64,000 bases of DNA from a virus (Duplodnaviria > Caudoviricetes). The notes under the pieces were generated by a model. That model did not search any database and was not told the DNA's origin. It was given only the letters and a program-made list of their open reading frames with translations. Position 1 is the first letter of the stretch. Each line of letters begins with the position of its first letter. Positions 8,754 through 18,542 of this stretch are shown here, piece by piece. The stretch is taken from the IMG/VR virus record IMGVR_UViG_3300005841_000939; one strand, 5' to 3'. A program made the position numbers and the translations under genes.

Positions 8754-8906
8754 ATGTCAATCATCCACATCCTGCAAGATAACCAGCGCATACCTCCGGT
8801 GAAGCCACCAACGAAAATGCCTTGGAAGGAAGCTTGCAGGCGTTGCAAGCAGTTCAATATCCAATATCCGAAAGGGTCAAATGTTAAGGCCAAAGTAGGA
8901 CAATAA
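8754..8906 (+). CDS. small hypothetical protein
   Basis: GAGGGG RBS, 50 aa. Confidence 0.5.
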   Translation: MSIIHILQDNQRIPPVKPPTKMPWKEACRRCKQFNIQYPKGSNVKAKVGQ

Positions 8907-8908
8907 TC

Positions 8909-9187
8909 ATGGACATCGGAATTATCTGCCCAAGAACGCATGTTGCCTATTATCGTGGATGGCTTGCTGAACCATCAAAGCACAAAGCCATTAGCTTGAA
9001 ATATTTCGGAAAGGCACCAGTGCATCCTAACATCAAGCCTGAAGCTCAGGGCGTTTGGATGGAAAGTGAAATCTGGATCCTTGGTGTGTTCAATGTGAAA
9101 GAAGCAGAACGGCAACTTGATCTCCTGATAAATTTATGGTCAGGAAAGAATCCTGCTGATTGGCAATACAGAAGGACGAAGGACTAG
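8909..9187 (+). CDS. hypothetical protein
   Basis: AGGA RBS; followed by terminator 9181-9203. Confidence 0.65.
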   Translation: MDIGIICPRTHVAYYRGWLAEPSKHKAISLKYFGKAPVHPNIKPEAQGVWMESEIWILGVFNVKEAERQLDLLINLWSGKNPADWQYRRTKD

Positions 9188-9299
9188 AAATAGTCCTTTT
9201 TTTATTTGAACACCTAATCCCCTTTATCATGCTTTAAAGAATATCAAGGTATATTCCTATAAGGATTTTAAATGCCTTGACTTTATTAATTAAAGGTAT

Positions 9300-9557
9300 A
9301 TGTTACAAGTTACTATGCGTATTCGTACAAGTGTTTGGCTTCTAATTGCTGCTTTATTTTTGATTGGTGGATTATTTTTAGAATGGTCAACAATAAGTTA
9401 TGAAAAGGGGGTCATTAGTGAAAAATATAATGTTCCTGTTGATAAGTTAGAATTATGTTTTTTTGATCATAGACTTGGAAAGTATAAGCATTCAAGGACC
9501 TATGAATATGATGGAAAATATTATACGATTGATTGGTTTAATATTTCCGTAGAATAA
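9300..9557 (+). CDS. membrane-anchored hypothetical protein
   Basis: N-terminal hydrophobic helix. Confidence 0.6.
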   Translation: MLQVTMRIRTSVWLLIAALFLIGGLFLEWSTISYEKGVISEKYNVPVDKLELCFFDHRLGKYKHSRTYEYDGKYYTIDWFNISVE

Positions 9558-9597
9558 TCATTGACTTAAGGTAATAACCTTTTATATTGAACGCATC

Positions 9598-10341
9598 ATG
9601 GAAAATATTGATCGCGAAGCTATTATCCGTCGTGCTGCCAAGCTGGCCGCATTCAATGATAAGAATGCATCTCCTGAGGAAGCCATGCTCGCGGCAGAGC
9701 GTTTGGCGGCAATGCTCAAAGAAAACAATATGTCCATGCGGGATATTGATGTTGACCGAATCAAGAAGGGAATTCGTCAGGAAGCAGTACATGACCTGGA
9801 AAATCGTAGGAAGTGGGTTAGTTGGCTTTCATACGCAATTGCCACTGCCTGTGATTGCAAGGTCATTGTTGTTGAATATCCAACGTGCATTTATTATTTC
9901 GTTGGTTATGAGGAAGATGCAATTGTCGCTTCGTGGTTTTTCGAGCGTATGCGCGATATTCTTCCTGGTATCTGTGCAAAACACATGAAGGCATGGAAGA
10001 AAATTCCCCGTGCTGGATATTCAAGGGAATATCTCAGAGAAAAGCAGAAAGCTGAAAAGAACGGCTTCATGTCTGGTTTTTCCACCCGAATTGGTACGAA
10101 AATCCGTGATGTGATCAAGCCCAAGGAAGAAACGACAGAAAATCATAACGAATTTGCATTAATAGATTTGAAAAAGCAAGCTGTTGATGAAAAATACAAA
10201 GAATGGTTTCCTAAGGCATATCTATTAAAAAATAAAGAAAGATTTTCGGAAGAAGGAAAGAAAGCTGGCGCCGAAGCTGCTGAAAAGGTCAGCGTCAATA
10301 TCCCTCTTCCAGAAACCATGGAACACAAGAGGTTGACATAA
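9598..10341 (+). CDS. DUF2786 domain protein
   Basis: IIRRAAKLAAFNDKNASPEEAMLAAERLAAMLKENN N-terminal motif. Confidence 0.8.
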   Translation: MENIDREAIIRRAAKLAAFNDKNASPEEAMLAAERLAAMLKENNMSMRDIDVDRIKKGIRQEAVHDLENRRKWVSWLSYAIATACDCKVIVVEYPTCIYYFVGYEEDAIVASWFFERMRDILPGICAKHMKAWKKIPRAGYSREYLREKQKAEKNGFMSGFSTRIGTKIRDVIKPKEETTENHNEFALIDLKKQAVDEKYKEWFPKAYLLKNKERFSEEGKKAGAEAAEKVSVNIPLPETMEHKRLT

Positions 10342-10383
10342 AAAATGTGTTGACCTTTTAAATCAAGGTCTTACACTTTAATT

Positions 10384-10659
10384 ATGAACAAGGGAACCAT
10401 CATCAATCAAGAAGGTGTTCGTGTTGGTCACTGGACCGATTCCACCCTCTCCCCTGGTGCAAAAACTTTTGAAATTATGGTGAATGGTCAATGGTATTCG
10501 GCACGCAGCAAGTCGGATCCCAATGAAACGTTTTCAAGTGCAATTCACAACGAATCATGGTTGCTGGTGTCATCGGATAAGAGCACCCCGCCATTCACTA
10601 CCCGCAACATCATCTGTCATTTTCTGAACAAAAACCAACTTTATCTGATGGACAACTGA
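10384..10659 (+). CDS. hypothetical protein
   Basis: follows TTGACC-N16-TACACT promoter (10350-10377). Confidence 0.7.
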   Translation: MNKGTIINQEGVRVGHWTDSTLSPGAKTFEIMVNGQWYSARSKSDPNETFSSAIHNESWLLVSSDKSTPPFTTRNIICHFLNKNQLYLMDN

Positions 10660-10661
10660 TC

Positions 10662-11108
10662 ATGGCAAAATACTACGTCCAGGCCTTCTATGCTGATGGT
10701 CGCCCCATCTTGGGAAATGGCGATGGTCAGACTGTCATCAAAGCCAAGAAGCCTCTCCTGACTGATGCATGGAAGCGGATCGAAAAACTTCCCCTCAGCA
10801 TGCTGACGATGCACAAAGGAGACATCAAATATCAACTGGTCACCGAATATGGTACGGTCCTGCGAACTGTCATCCGTTCGGCAACTGCTGTGGAAACCGA
10901 ATGGTCAAAGCTGGCCCCGCTTCGTCAGCAATGGCATGATGTGAAAAAGCAGGGAAAGCGTTTGATGGTGCAGATTGATGGTGGCCACATGAGGCTTCCC
11001 GTCACTGGATTCCGTGAGCATCCGCAGTATGGAACTGCACAATTCCAAGTCTCAGGCCGGCAGTGGAACTATCTGAATGCTGCTTTATTCACCTTCTTCG
11101 GAGAATGA
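10662..11108 (+). CDS. hypothetical protein
   Basis: 148 aa ORF in operon. Confidence 0.7.
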   Translation: MAKYYVQAFYADGRPILGNGDGQTVIKAKKPLLTDAWKRIEKLPLSMLTMHKGDIKYQLVTEYGTVLRTVIRSATAVETEWSKLAPLRQQWHDVKKQGKRLMVQIDGGHMRLPVTGFREHPQYGTAQFQVSGRQWNYLNAALFTFFGE

Positions 11109-11110
11109 TC

Positions 11111-11374
11111 ATGAGTGAGTCCTTTTCGGTTCGTCTCAATCTGAACTATGAAAATGTTGGCGATTCCGCTAACAACTTAGTCAGTGATACCAAGGACGTT
11201 AATGTGAATGCACTCCCTTCCCAAGGAGTGACTATTTACATGGAAACGAAAACTCATCAGATTGAGGGAGTTGTTACTCGCCCTCCCCATTTGATGATCA
11301 TCGGCCCGTTTACTGGCACGTACCTCATTCATGTTCAGGTCACCAGTTACAAAGCCAGGCAGACCAAGGCCTAA
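11111..11374 (+). CDS. hypothetical protein
   Basis: GGAG RBS. Confidence 0.6.
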   Translation: MSESFSVRLNLNYENVGDSANNLVSDTKDVNVNALPSQGVTIYMETKTHQIEGVVTRPPHLMIIGPFTGTYLIHVQVTSYKARQTKA

Positions 11375-11544
11375 GCAGCGTCAAACGATTCCTCAATCCG
11401 TTCAATCTGAGATAAGGACAAGTGGATTCCCCATTTGTCCTTTATCTTTTTTTGCAGTTCCACACCATTATTGTCAAGGATGAGGGTTTCAAGCTCCTTC
11501 TGGCTGATTGAATGCTTTTCGGAGATGCGTTGCCAGTAAATCAT
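11371..11544 (-). CDS. 57 aa hypothetical protein
   Basis: MIYWQRISEKH..; preceded by minus-strand TTGACA-N16-TAGCAC element (11604-11577). Confidence 0.45.
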   Translation of the reverse strand: MIYWQRISEKHSISQKELETLILDNNGVELQKKIKDKWGIHLSLSQIERIEESFDAA

Positions 11545-11653
11545 AAGGGTAGCCTGAAAGGGGTGGTGTTCCCAATGTGCTAATATGCTTATTGCATCTG
11601 TCAACAACCAAAAAATAGTTTGTGTCCTTGAATATAAGGTGTAGTATGCATAT

Positions 11654-11866
11654 ATGACAACCAAGGTTACGAAAATAAACAACCCAGGTTGTGCTGCTCC
11701 CTGCTTCAAAGCAGAATCCTCAGAGGAACTTACAGACACTATCTGTGAGGATCTACAGCATAAAGCAGGATATCCTCCTGCTGGCTATGGAATGAGCCGA
11801 GTCAAGTACGAAAAAGAAGGTGATACTTTCATCGCCACATGGTCCTGTCTCCCTTCAAGTGACTGA
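11654..11866 (+). CDS. hypothetical protein
   Basis: 70 aa ORF. Confidence 0.65.
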   Translation: MTTKVTKINNPGCAAPCFKAESSEELTDTICEDLQHKAGYPPAGYGMSRVKYEKEGDTFIATWSCLPSSD

Positions 11867-11876
11867 AAGGTCATAC

Positions 11877-12080
11877 ATGCTGCTCATGTCATCCAATGCG
11901 TTCCTCCCTCATCACCTTTCAGTCCTGAATGAACGTGGTGAAATCAACCGAGTTCAAAAAGGAGTGTTCATCAATGTCACCAAGGTTAATAAATCGTTGG
12001 TGCAAGTGAATTTCTCAAAGATTCAGGATGCTGAATTCATCGTGCAGCCCTCTCAGGAGGTGGTGGCTGGTGGGGTCTAA
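11877..12080 (+). CDS. hypothetical protein
   Basis: AAGGT RBS. Confidence 0.5.
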   Translation: MLLMSSNAFLPHHLSVLNERGEINRVQKGVFINVTKVNKSLVQVNFSKIQDAEFIVQPSQEVVAGGV

Positions 12081-12235
12081 CCCTGCCTTCACCTCGCGGC
12101 TGCCGTTAGTTATCATGCTTGAGGGTAGATGCAAGGATGAAGGTGAGAAGGAATGTCTACGGAAAACATCCTTGACTCCTAGAAAGAGTGTGCATGATGC
12201 GAGGTATCACCCATACCCATACAAGGGAAACGACC

Positions 12236-13021
12236 ATGACTGCTACTCTCATCGCCCACGCCGGATCGTATGTCGCCACCAAGGACCAGGTCTACGGCAG
12301 CAAGCCGGTGATGGATGCGTCCAAGACCTACGATCCCATCGGCCACGGACGCTTCGTGGACCTCATCGAGGAGGGCCTGGAGCGCAATAAGTGGAACGTC
12401 GCCAAGCGTTCCTACGCCCTCGGGAAGGAAGGCAATGGTCAGCTCTTCGGAGCGTATGACCTGGTCGCATCGGGCAACGCTGGCCACACGCTGTGTCTCG
12501 GCTTCCGCAACAGCACGGACAAGTCGCTGCAGGCTGGTCTGGCGTGCGGATCGCGTGTCTTCGTGTGCGATAATCTCGCATTCTCCTCGGACATCGTCAT
12601 CCAGACCAAGCATCGCGCCCACGTCCAGGAGAATCTGCCCAACCTGATCGACAAGGGCCTGGAAAAGTTCCTGATCGATGGCGCCGAACAGGAGAAGGAG
12701 TTCGCTTTCTGGAAGCAATTCCGGATCGATGTCGCTTCGGCCAGCAATCTCATCTGTCAGGCTGCTGAGGAGAAGGTGATCCATTCCGAACGTCTCATCA
12801 TCCCCGTGCGTGCTGAATTCATCAAGCCCCGTTTCAACGAATTCAATGACGGTGGGACGGCCTGGAGCCTGTACAACGCTTTCACCACGATTCATCGCCA
12901 TGTCCGTACTGATGTCGAGCCGGTGAACCAGTTCGGTGCGTTGAAGCTGACGCATGCGTTCATGCGCAAGGTGGCCCCGATGCCCAAGGAAACCACCCCG
13001 GCGGATGCGCTGGCCAACTGA
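12236..13021 (+). CDS. DUF932/DUF945-family protein
   Basis: LCLGFRNSTDKSLQAGLACGSRVFVCDNLAF and KH motifs. Confidence 0.85.
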   Translation: MTATLIAHAGSYVATKDQVYGSKPVMDASKTYDPIGHGRFVDLIEEGLERNKWNVAKRSYALGKEGNGQLFGAYDLVASGNAGHTLCLGFRNSTDKSLQAGLACGSRVFVCDNLAFSSDIVIQTKHRAHVQENLPNLIDKGLEKFLIDGAEQEKEFAFWKQFRIDVASASNLICQAAEEKVIHSERLIIPVRAEFIKPRFNEFNDGGTAWSLYNAFTTIHRHVRTDVEPVNQFGALKLTHAFMRKVAPMPKETTPADALAN

Positions 13022-13032
13022 GGCCAAACGAA

Positions 13033-13064
13033 AGATCCCTGGACTAACCACCCAGGGATTTTTT
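13033..13064 (+). terminator. intrinsic terminator
   Basis: ATCCCTGG..CCAGGGAT then TTTTTT. Confidence 0.85.
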
Positions 13065-13314
13065 ACCTGCAAAATTCCTGCGTTTTTTCAAGAATTTATG
13101 GCGGCTATCATGTTTTCTCTAGTTGTCAAGGAATCCTTTAAAAGTGGTTGCCTTATATAAGAAGAAAGGGGTCGTTCCGAACTGATTAGGAAGACCTACG
13201 AAATATTCCTTGACCTTGAAATAGAGGCATTAGATTGAACACATAACCCAAGCATGGGAAATGTAGCAAAGCTACCAAACCCCATGCGCAACTTCCCAAG
13301 AAAGGGAATGCATC

Positions 13315-13944
13315 ATGCGTAAGCTCATCTCTGTCCTCGTCGGTTCGGACACCAAGTACATCGGTGATCGCAACGGCTCCACCCTCGTCGCTCGCATGTC
13401 GGATGCCCATCGCTTCAACAGCGGTTCGGCCGAGCAGCGCGCCAAGGACTTCAAGTCCAGCGACTTCATCAAGCAGGCCGGTGGCACCACCCTGGTGGTG
13501 ATCGATGACGAGGGCAAGGCCAAGTCGGCCAGCGCCAAGGACGCGAAGGCCCCCAAGGCGAAGCGTGGTCGCCCGGCCAAGGCCACGACCGAGAAGGTCA
13601 AGGGCAAGCCGGGTCGCAAGCCCAAGGCCGAGAAGGTCGAGAAGGTGGCCAGCGGCAAGCGTGGTCGCCCGGCTGGTGCGGTCAGCGCCCTGATCGGCAA
13701 GCGCCAGATGGGCATGCTGATCGAGGACCTGAAGGCGGGGCTGCTCCCCTCGCTGCTGGAAGCGATCAAGGCCATCGTGATCCCCGCCCCGGCGGTGCCC
13801 GCGGTCGCCACCCCGTCGGCTCGTCGCGCCCCCGCCAAGGAAAAGGCCCAGGTCGCGGCCCCCGCGACGAATGCCCAGGGTGACCAGGCGAACGCCAGCG
13901 CCCAGGTCCAGACCCCGGCGACCAGCGGTACCCCGGCGGCCTGA
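13315..13944 (+). CDS. histone-like / AT-hook DNA-binding protein
   Basis: K/A/P-rich with KRGRP, KPGRKP, KRGRP; promoter TTGACC-N15-TAGATT at 13210-13236; most GC-rich gene in window. Confidence 0.75.
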   Translation: MRKLISVLVGSDTKYIGDRNGSTLVARMSDAHRFNSGSAEQRAKDFKSSDFIKQAGGTTLVVIDDEGKAKSASAKDAKAPKAKRGRPAKATTEKVKGKPGRKPKAEKVEKVASGKRGRPAGAVSALIGKRQMGMLIEDLKAGLLPSLLEAIKAIVIPAPAVPAVATPSARRAPAKEKAQVAAPATNAQGDQANASAQVQTPATSGTPAA

Positions 13945-13961
13945 TACAGCGAACTCGGCAA

Positions 13962-14004
13962 AGAGAAGCCCTGGGGTGTAAAAACCCTGGGGCTTCTCTT
14001 TTTT
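13962..14004 (+). terminator. intrinsic terminator
   Basis: GAGAAGCCCTGGGG..CCCTGGGGCTTCTC then T-run. Confidence 0.8.
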
Positions 14005-14042
14005 CGTTGACATTTGACCTTACCTGTTAAACTGGCGGTAGC

Positions 14043-14495
14043 ATGAGTAGAAAAAATGTTAAATGGAGGAATGGGAGTATTCTCCCCGAACATGCTAGGG
14101 CGCTAGAAACTTTTCACCTGCCCAAAGAGATAGCAACCTTTATTCCGCCAACTGTTGGAACTCATCAGATTAACCATCGCTTTACCGTCACCATCCAGGG
14201 AAGTATGGCAATCAGACAATCATATGAAGAAATGGTCCCTATTGGTTTGGATATGCGTTTAGCTTTTGCTACAGCCATGAACCATATCCCTAAAGAGCAA
14301 TGGGAAACGGTATGGAATGCAATTGCAAACGCCATGGAAAACCCCTTAGCGTTCAATCAAATTGCTGATCGTATCATTGATGAAGCAGAAACACACATCC
14401 CGAATGCTCAAGTAAAGATTCCCCAATCAAAAAGAGGGCCGACATTGTGGGCAAAAGATACAAAAATAAATGTTGAAGTTGAAGAACTTGAATAA
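14043..14495 (+). CDS. hypothetical protein
   Basis: follows TTGACA-N15-TAAACT promoter (14007-14033). Confidence 0.7.
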   Translation: MSRKNVKWRNGSILPEHARALETFHLPKEIATFIPPTVGTHQINHRFTVTIQGSMAIRQSYEEMVPIGLDMRLAFATAMNHIPKEQWETVWNAIANAMENPLAFNQIADRIIDEAETHIPNAQVKIPQSKRGPTLWAKDTKINVEVEELE

Positions 14496-14624
14496 TTTTT
14501 TAATTTCCTCCAATGTCATCTATCATGCTTATATGAAATGTCCATAGGAATTTGAACATAAAAATATTGTTGACATAGGTTTATATTCTCCACAATGGAC
14601 GTATCACCACATAGGAACGCAATC

Positions 14625-15353
14625 ATGGGCGATGAAGCTGATGCACTTTGGGAAATCTACACTGATGTCGGTCCCGACGTTACGTGCAAATTCTGTGGCA
14701 AGGGAAACCTGCTGTGGGATCAAGCCTCCAACGGGAAGTTTTTCCTGACAGATGAAGACGGCACCATGCATACGTGCTTGCGCAAGCGTCTTCCGAAGTT
14801 CCGGCCCAGCATGATCCAACCCCCTCCTGGCCAAGCTGAACACTCCCAGGAAACTCTTGACATCCTCAATAGCCCACAAGTCAGCAAGCTCCTGCGCTAC
14901 AAAGGTCAAGCTGTCAAGCTCAAAAAGATCAAGGAGTGCAAGCTGCTGGCGGCCCATCGCGGTAAGGTGATCGTCACCAAGGAAAGCGAATACGTCACCC
15001 GCATCGGCATCAGCTACAACAACATGCAGGACGTTATTCGCAAACGGCAAACTGGTGAATTGCCTGCGACTCCCCAGCCGATGGCATGGGGTGAATGGGT
15101 TCCTGGTCTGGAAAACTACGTCAAGCGCCATACCAAGGATGGTGTTGTCCACCTGTACTTCCGCTGCTATACTGTCAAGGGAGACTTGAAGCACAGCAAG
15201 GCCCGGTACTACGTGAATGGTAAGGAAGTTACCAAGGAAGAAGCGCAGGTGTACTGCACCAAGTTCGCTGATGAATTCACTGACAACCAGGACTGTTTTG
15301 ACATCCACATCAAGGACATGGTTGAAGTCAACGGCGAAAACATCCAGGCCTGA
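14625..15353 (+). CDS. hypothetical protein with N-terminal Zn-binding motif
   Basis: CKFC..HTC motif; AGGA RBS. Confidence 0.75.
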   Translation: MGDEADALWEIYTDVGPDVTCKFCGKGNLLWDQASNGKFFLTDEDGTMHTCLRKRLPKFRPSMIQPPPGQAEHSQETLDILNSPQVSKLLRYKGQAVKLKKIKECKLLAAHRGKVIVTKESEYVTRIGISYNNMQDVIRKRQTGELPATPQPMAWGEWVPGLENYVKRHTKDGVVHLYFRCYTVKGDLKHSKARYYVNGKEVTKEEAQVYCTKFADEFTDNQDCFDIHIKDMVEVNGENIQA

Positions 15354-15368
15354 ACTGGAGGATAAATC

Positions 15369-15668
15369 ATGTGGCCATTCCATACACATAAGATGACGAA
15401 GGCCAACTCGCTTTTTATTGGTGATTATGTCATCACTAATAAAACTCCTGTGTATGTGAATGTTGAACAATGCGATTATCCTGTGTTAAGTCATGTTGAA
15501 GAAAAAGAAGTAACCTATAAGGATTGTTCATTAATAATCAATGAATGTAAAAAGTGTGGCAAGCGTGAAGCTCACATTGTCGCACCAACCGAAAAATTTC
15601 CAGTGCAAGTTGATTGGGCTGATTGTTTCATTTACAATTTTTATCAAAAGAATCAAACTGGAGGATAA
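15369..15668 (+). CDS. hypothetical protein
   Basis: GGAGG RBS; CKKC motif. Confidence 0.65.
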   Translation: MWPFHTHKMTKANSLFIGDYVITNKTPVYVNVEQCDYPVLSHVEEKEVTYKDCSLIINECKKCGKREAHIVAPTEKFPVQVDWADCFIYNFYQKNQTGG

Positions 15669-15671
15669 ATC

Positions 15672-16037
15672 ATGGCTATTTGCATCACTCCAAAACCTGA
15701 TCATCCAATTGATAAGTCCCGTCTTAAATTGAAAGTTAAGACTCAGAAGATCATCAATGTGATGCACAACGACCTTGATCATTTCATCAATCTGATGCTT
15801 GATATTCCAAAGGAAAGCCAATTTTGTTTGGAGGATCATTTACGAGAAGGACGTGATGCCAAATACAATTTCATGGCCAAGAAGGAATATGACCGTGACA
15901 TCACAATGAAAATTCAAAACTGGATTTTCGCAAAGTATCCTGTCAACAACAAACCTACTGTCCGAGAAATGATCAAGTATCTGGCAGACTCAAAGCGCAT
16001 TATGCATGGAATGTATATTGTGCGGGTTACTGGATAA
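15672..16037 (+). CDS. hypothetical protein
   Basis: GGAGG RBS. Confidence 0.7.
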   Translation: MAICITPKPDHPIDKSRLKLKVKTQKIINVMHNDLDHFINLMLDIPKESQFCLEDHLREGRDAKYNFMAKKEYDRDITMKIQNWIFAKYPVNNKPTVREMIKYLADSKRIMHGMYIVRVTG

Positions 16038-16048
16038 AAACCAACTGG

Positions 16049-16303
16049 ATGATAATAATGAAAATAATTAAATACATTGAACAGATGCCCGTCAAAGGAA
16101 AAGAACATATTCCTGTCAAACCAGATTTAGGCATTGGAACTATTGTTGAATACATGGGAACTGTTTGCACTGTGCAACATAGAAGGCAAACAGAATTAAA
16201 TTCAGGTTGGTTATATACCCTTTTGACACCTGATGGAAAATTTTTACCTGTCTATGGTACAGAAGCTATCATGCATTATAATAAGGTCAATAATAAAAAA
16301 TAG
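16049..16303 (+). CDS. hypothetical protein
   Basis: 84 aa ORF. Confidence 0.6.
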   Translation: MIIMKIIKYIEQMPVKGKEHIPVKPDLGIGTIVEYMGTVCTVQHRRQTELNSGWLYTLLTPDGKFLPVYGTEAIMHYNKVNNKK

Positions 16304-16343
16304 GTCTTGACCTTAACTCATTTATATGTAAGCTATAAACATC

Positions 16344-16700
16344 ATGGCACAGATCACTTACTACCACGTAACCGAATCTCAGAACGTGGAATCCATTATG
16401 CAAAAGGGTCTTGTGCCGCAGGTTGGCAATCAGACTCGCGATCGGGATGCTGATATTTTCAATCGTGTTGATGCGGTATATGTGTTCATCTATAAGGATG
16501 ACATGCAGAAGTTTTTGGACAAAGGTGTGTATGGTGATTTTTACTATATGCAGAACACCTTTGTGTCTGTCTTTGAAGTGACATGCGATGACAGCATATT
16601 CCCAATCAAAACGAATTGGTATGCATCAACGAACAAAGTTATTCCGCCATCGTGCTTGAAGGTGATCGTTTCAGAATTCCCCGTCAACAGCATTTTCTAA
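16344..16700 (+). CDS. ADP-ribosyltransferase-fold protein (Tpt1/DarT-like N-terminus)
   Basis: YYHVTESQNVESIMQKGLVP..VYVF motif. Confidence 0.6.
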   Translation: MAQITYYHVTESQNVESIMQKGLVPQVGNQTRDRDADIFNRVDAVYVFIYKDDMQKFLDKGVYGDFYYMQNTFVSVFEVTCDDSIFPIKTNWYASTNKVIPPSCLKVIVSEFPVNSIF

Positions 16701-16711
16701 AGGAAAATATC

Positions 16712-17233
16712 ATGAGCCAGATTCACACTGCGGGCGCTATCACTGTCTGCAAATTAGTTAAAGGTGATTCCGATAACAAGTGGAATGAAAATATCATCCT
16801 GATCATCAGTGGACACAAGGCCGTTACGGTGACTCTGGAATCAGTCATTGTTAATGGTGTGAATTATCATGCTCGCATCACATACTATCGTGACAATCAA
16901 GATTTAAGTAAGTGGCATCGCGATGGCGAAAATACATTCGTTCATCGGAATGATCAACCGAGAAAGAAGCCCATCCCTGCTGATAAGGATGTCATCTATA
17001 TCCTGACAGACAAAATCATGGAAGAATCTCATAACGCCTTTCCGAATTTGTTCATGATGGCAGATAAAACATATTATCTGGATCAAGTTAATATTAATAC
17101 CGCAAAGGCAATTGAGCTTGAAAAACAGGCTGCTGGTTTGCGTGGGTTCAGCAAAACCTTGGAACATAATCTGATGGAGCGAAACAAATTCTATAATCAA
17201 ATCATCGCGGATAGGAATGCGGCGAAGACTTGA
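16712..17233 (+). CDS. hypothetical protein
   Basis: AAGGA RBS; C-terminal coiled coil. Confidence 0.7.
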   Translation: MSQIHTAGAITVCKLVKGDSDNKWNENIILIISGHKAVTVTLESVIVNGVNYHARITYYRDNQDLSKWHRDGENTFVHRNDQPRKKPIPADKDVIYILTDKIMEESHNAFPNLFMMADKTYYLDQVNINTAKAIELEKQAAGLRGFSKTLEHNLMERNKFYNQIIADRNAAKT

Positions 17234-17287
17234 CAAACCTTAATCATCGTTAGTTATATCCCATTCAGCAATGAGTGGGATTTTCCT

Positions 17288-17692
17288 TTGAATAAAAGAA
17301 TACTTGAGGAAGCTGTAAAGATTGCCCTCAAAAAATTAAGTTCCCATCCTCAATATTCTTGTTATCCTCATTACTCATTTCTTGTGCAGGGAAACAAAAT
17401 CCTTGCTACGGGAATGAATAATACCGGCAACTCAATGCCAAGGCATTATGGCCATTACTCTAGGATAACTGATGGTTTACCCAAAACCCATGCAGAAGTG
17501 GTTGCATGGAAGAAGGGAAGAGGTCTGATGGACAAATCAAAGCCTTGGGAAATGATTAATATCAGGCTCAATCGTCAATCAAAGATCATGAATTCAGCAC
17601 CTTGCCCTGATTGTTTTACATTAATGAAGTCCTTGGGCTGTACGAATATTCATTATTCTACGGATTTAGGTTTCGTTAAATTGCCGACTTGA
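17288..17692 (+). CDS. cytidine/deoxycytidylate deaminase-family protein
   Basis: HAE and PCPDC zinc motifs. Confidence 0.85.
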   Translation: MNKRILEEAVKIALKKLSSHPQYSCYPHYSFLVQGNKILATGMNNTGNSMPRHYGHYSRITDGLPKTHAEVVAWKKGRGLMDKSKPWEMINIRLNRQSKIMNSAPCPDCFTLMKSLGCTNIHYSTDLGFVKLPT

Positions 17693-17736
17693 CTCTCACC
17701 TTAAGTATGTTAGTCCATTAATCCCCAGGAAACACC

Positions 17737-18042
17737 ATGGCCAAGATCAAGACCAACGACATGAGCATCAACCCTGATGCAATGCCCAAGAGCAACACCC
17801 AGGAATCGTCTGCCAACGGAAAGGCAAAGCGTGTTCGTGAACGCAAGGTCCTGCCCAAGAATCTGCGTTCGCATCGTCGTGGCCACCGGGCGCGTGCCAA
17901 TCGCATCTACGTCCAGACCAACAAGGCCGCCATCGTCTACATCCCTGCTGCCGAAGCTGATAAGCTGGTAGCTGAAGGTTCGGGCAAGTACATTGCTCGC
18001 CAGAAGGCCAAGGCTATCCTCGCCAAGAAGAAGGCTGCGTAA
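17737..18042 (+). CDS. small basic protein
   Basis: R/K-rich, AGGA RBS. Confidence 0.7.
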   Translation: MAKIKTNDMSINPDAMPKSNTQESSANGKAKRVRERKVLPKNLRSHRRGHRARANRIYVQTNKAAIVYIPAAEADKLVAEGSGKYIARQKAKAILAKKKAA

Positions 18043-18351
18043 ATGCGCAAAGCATATACTCTTTCTGAATTGATTGGGTGCCTTTCAATTATCATCTTTG
18101 TGGTCGTATTGATCGCAGTGATGATCAACTGGATGTTTCATACCCAATGGTTCGCTCGGCATTGGGGCGGCTCGTATACCATGGAACTGCCAGCCAATGA
18201 AAAGGTTGTGACAGTTTCATGGAAGGATTCCAATCTCTGGATCCTGACTCGTCCCATGAAAAAGGATGAGGTTGCTGAAACCTTTACACTGCATGAGAGT
18301 TCCAACTTCGGAGTTCTCCAGGGTACTGTTGTTATCACAGAGAAAAAATAA
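18043..18351 (+). CDS. membrane-anchored conserved phage protein
   Basis: N-terminal TM; ARHWGG..VSWKDSNLWILTRPM..ESSNFG motif. Confidence 0.75.
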   Translation: MRKAYTLSELIGCLSIIIFVVVLIAVMINWMFHTQWFARHWGGSYTMELPANEKVVTVSWKDSNLWILTRPMKKDEVAETFTLHESSNFGVLQGTVVITEKK

Positions 18352-18393
18352 GAATTGACATGTAAAGGATATCTATATACTCTTTACATATAT

Positions 18394-18469
<76 letters not shown>

Positions 18470-18542
18470 TATTCAAATGCTCTTTAGAGACAACGGATCA
18501 TACATTTGCAAGTAATTTAGGAGAGCAAATTCTCCTCAGCTC

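Noticed and set aside
12179-15470. Long minus-strand ORFs 12179-13072, 13186-14013, 13272-14093, 14604-15470
   Set aside because: They are shadows of GC-biased + strand genes that have promoters, RBS and recognisable motifs; the translations look non-protein-like.
18043-18351. True type IV pilin
   Set aside because: Only the first 10 or so residues resemble the methylation motif; the rest matches a common small phage membrane-protein pattern and no pilus genes are nearby.
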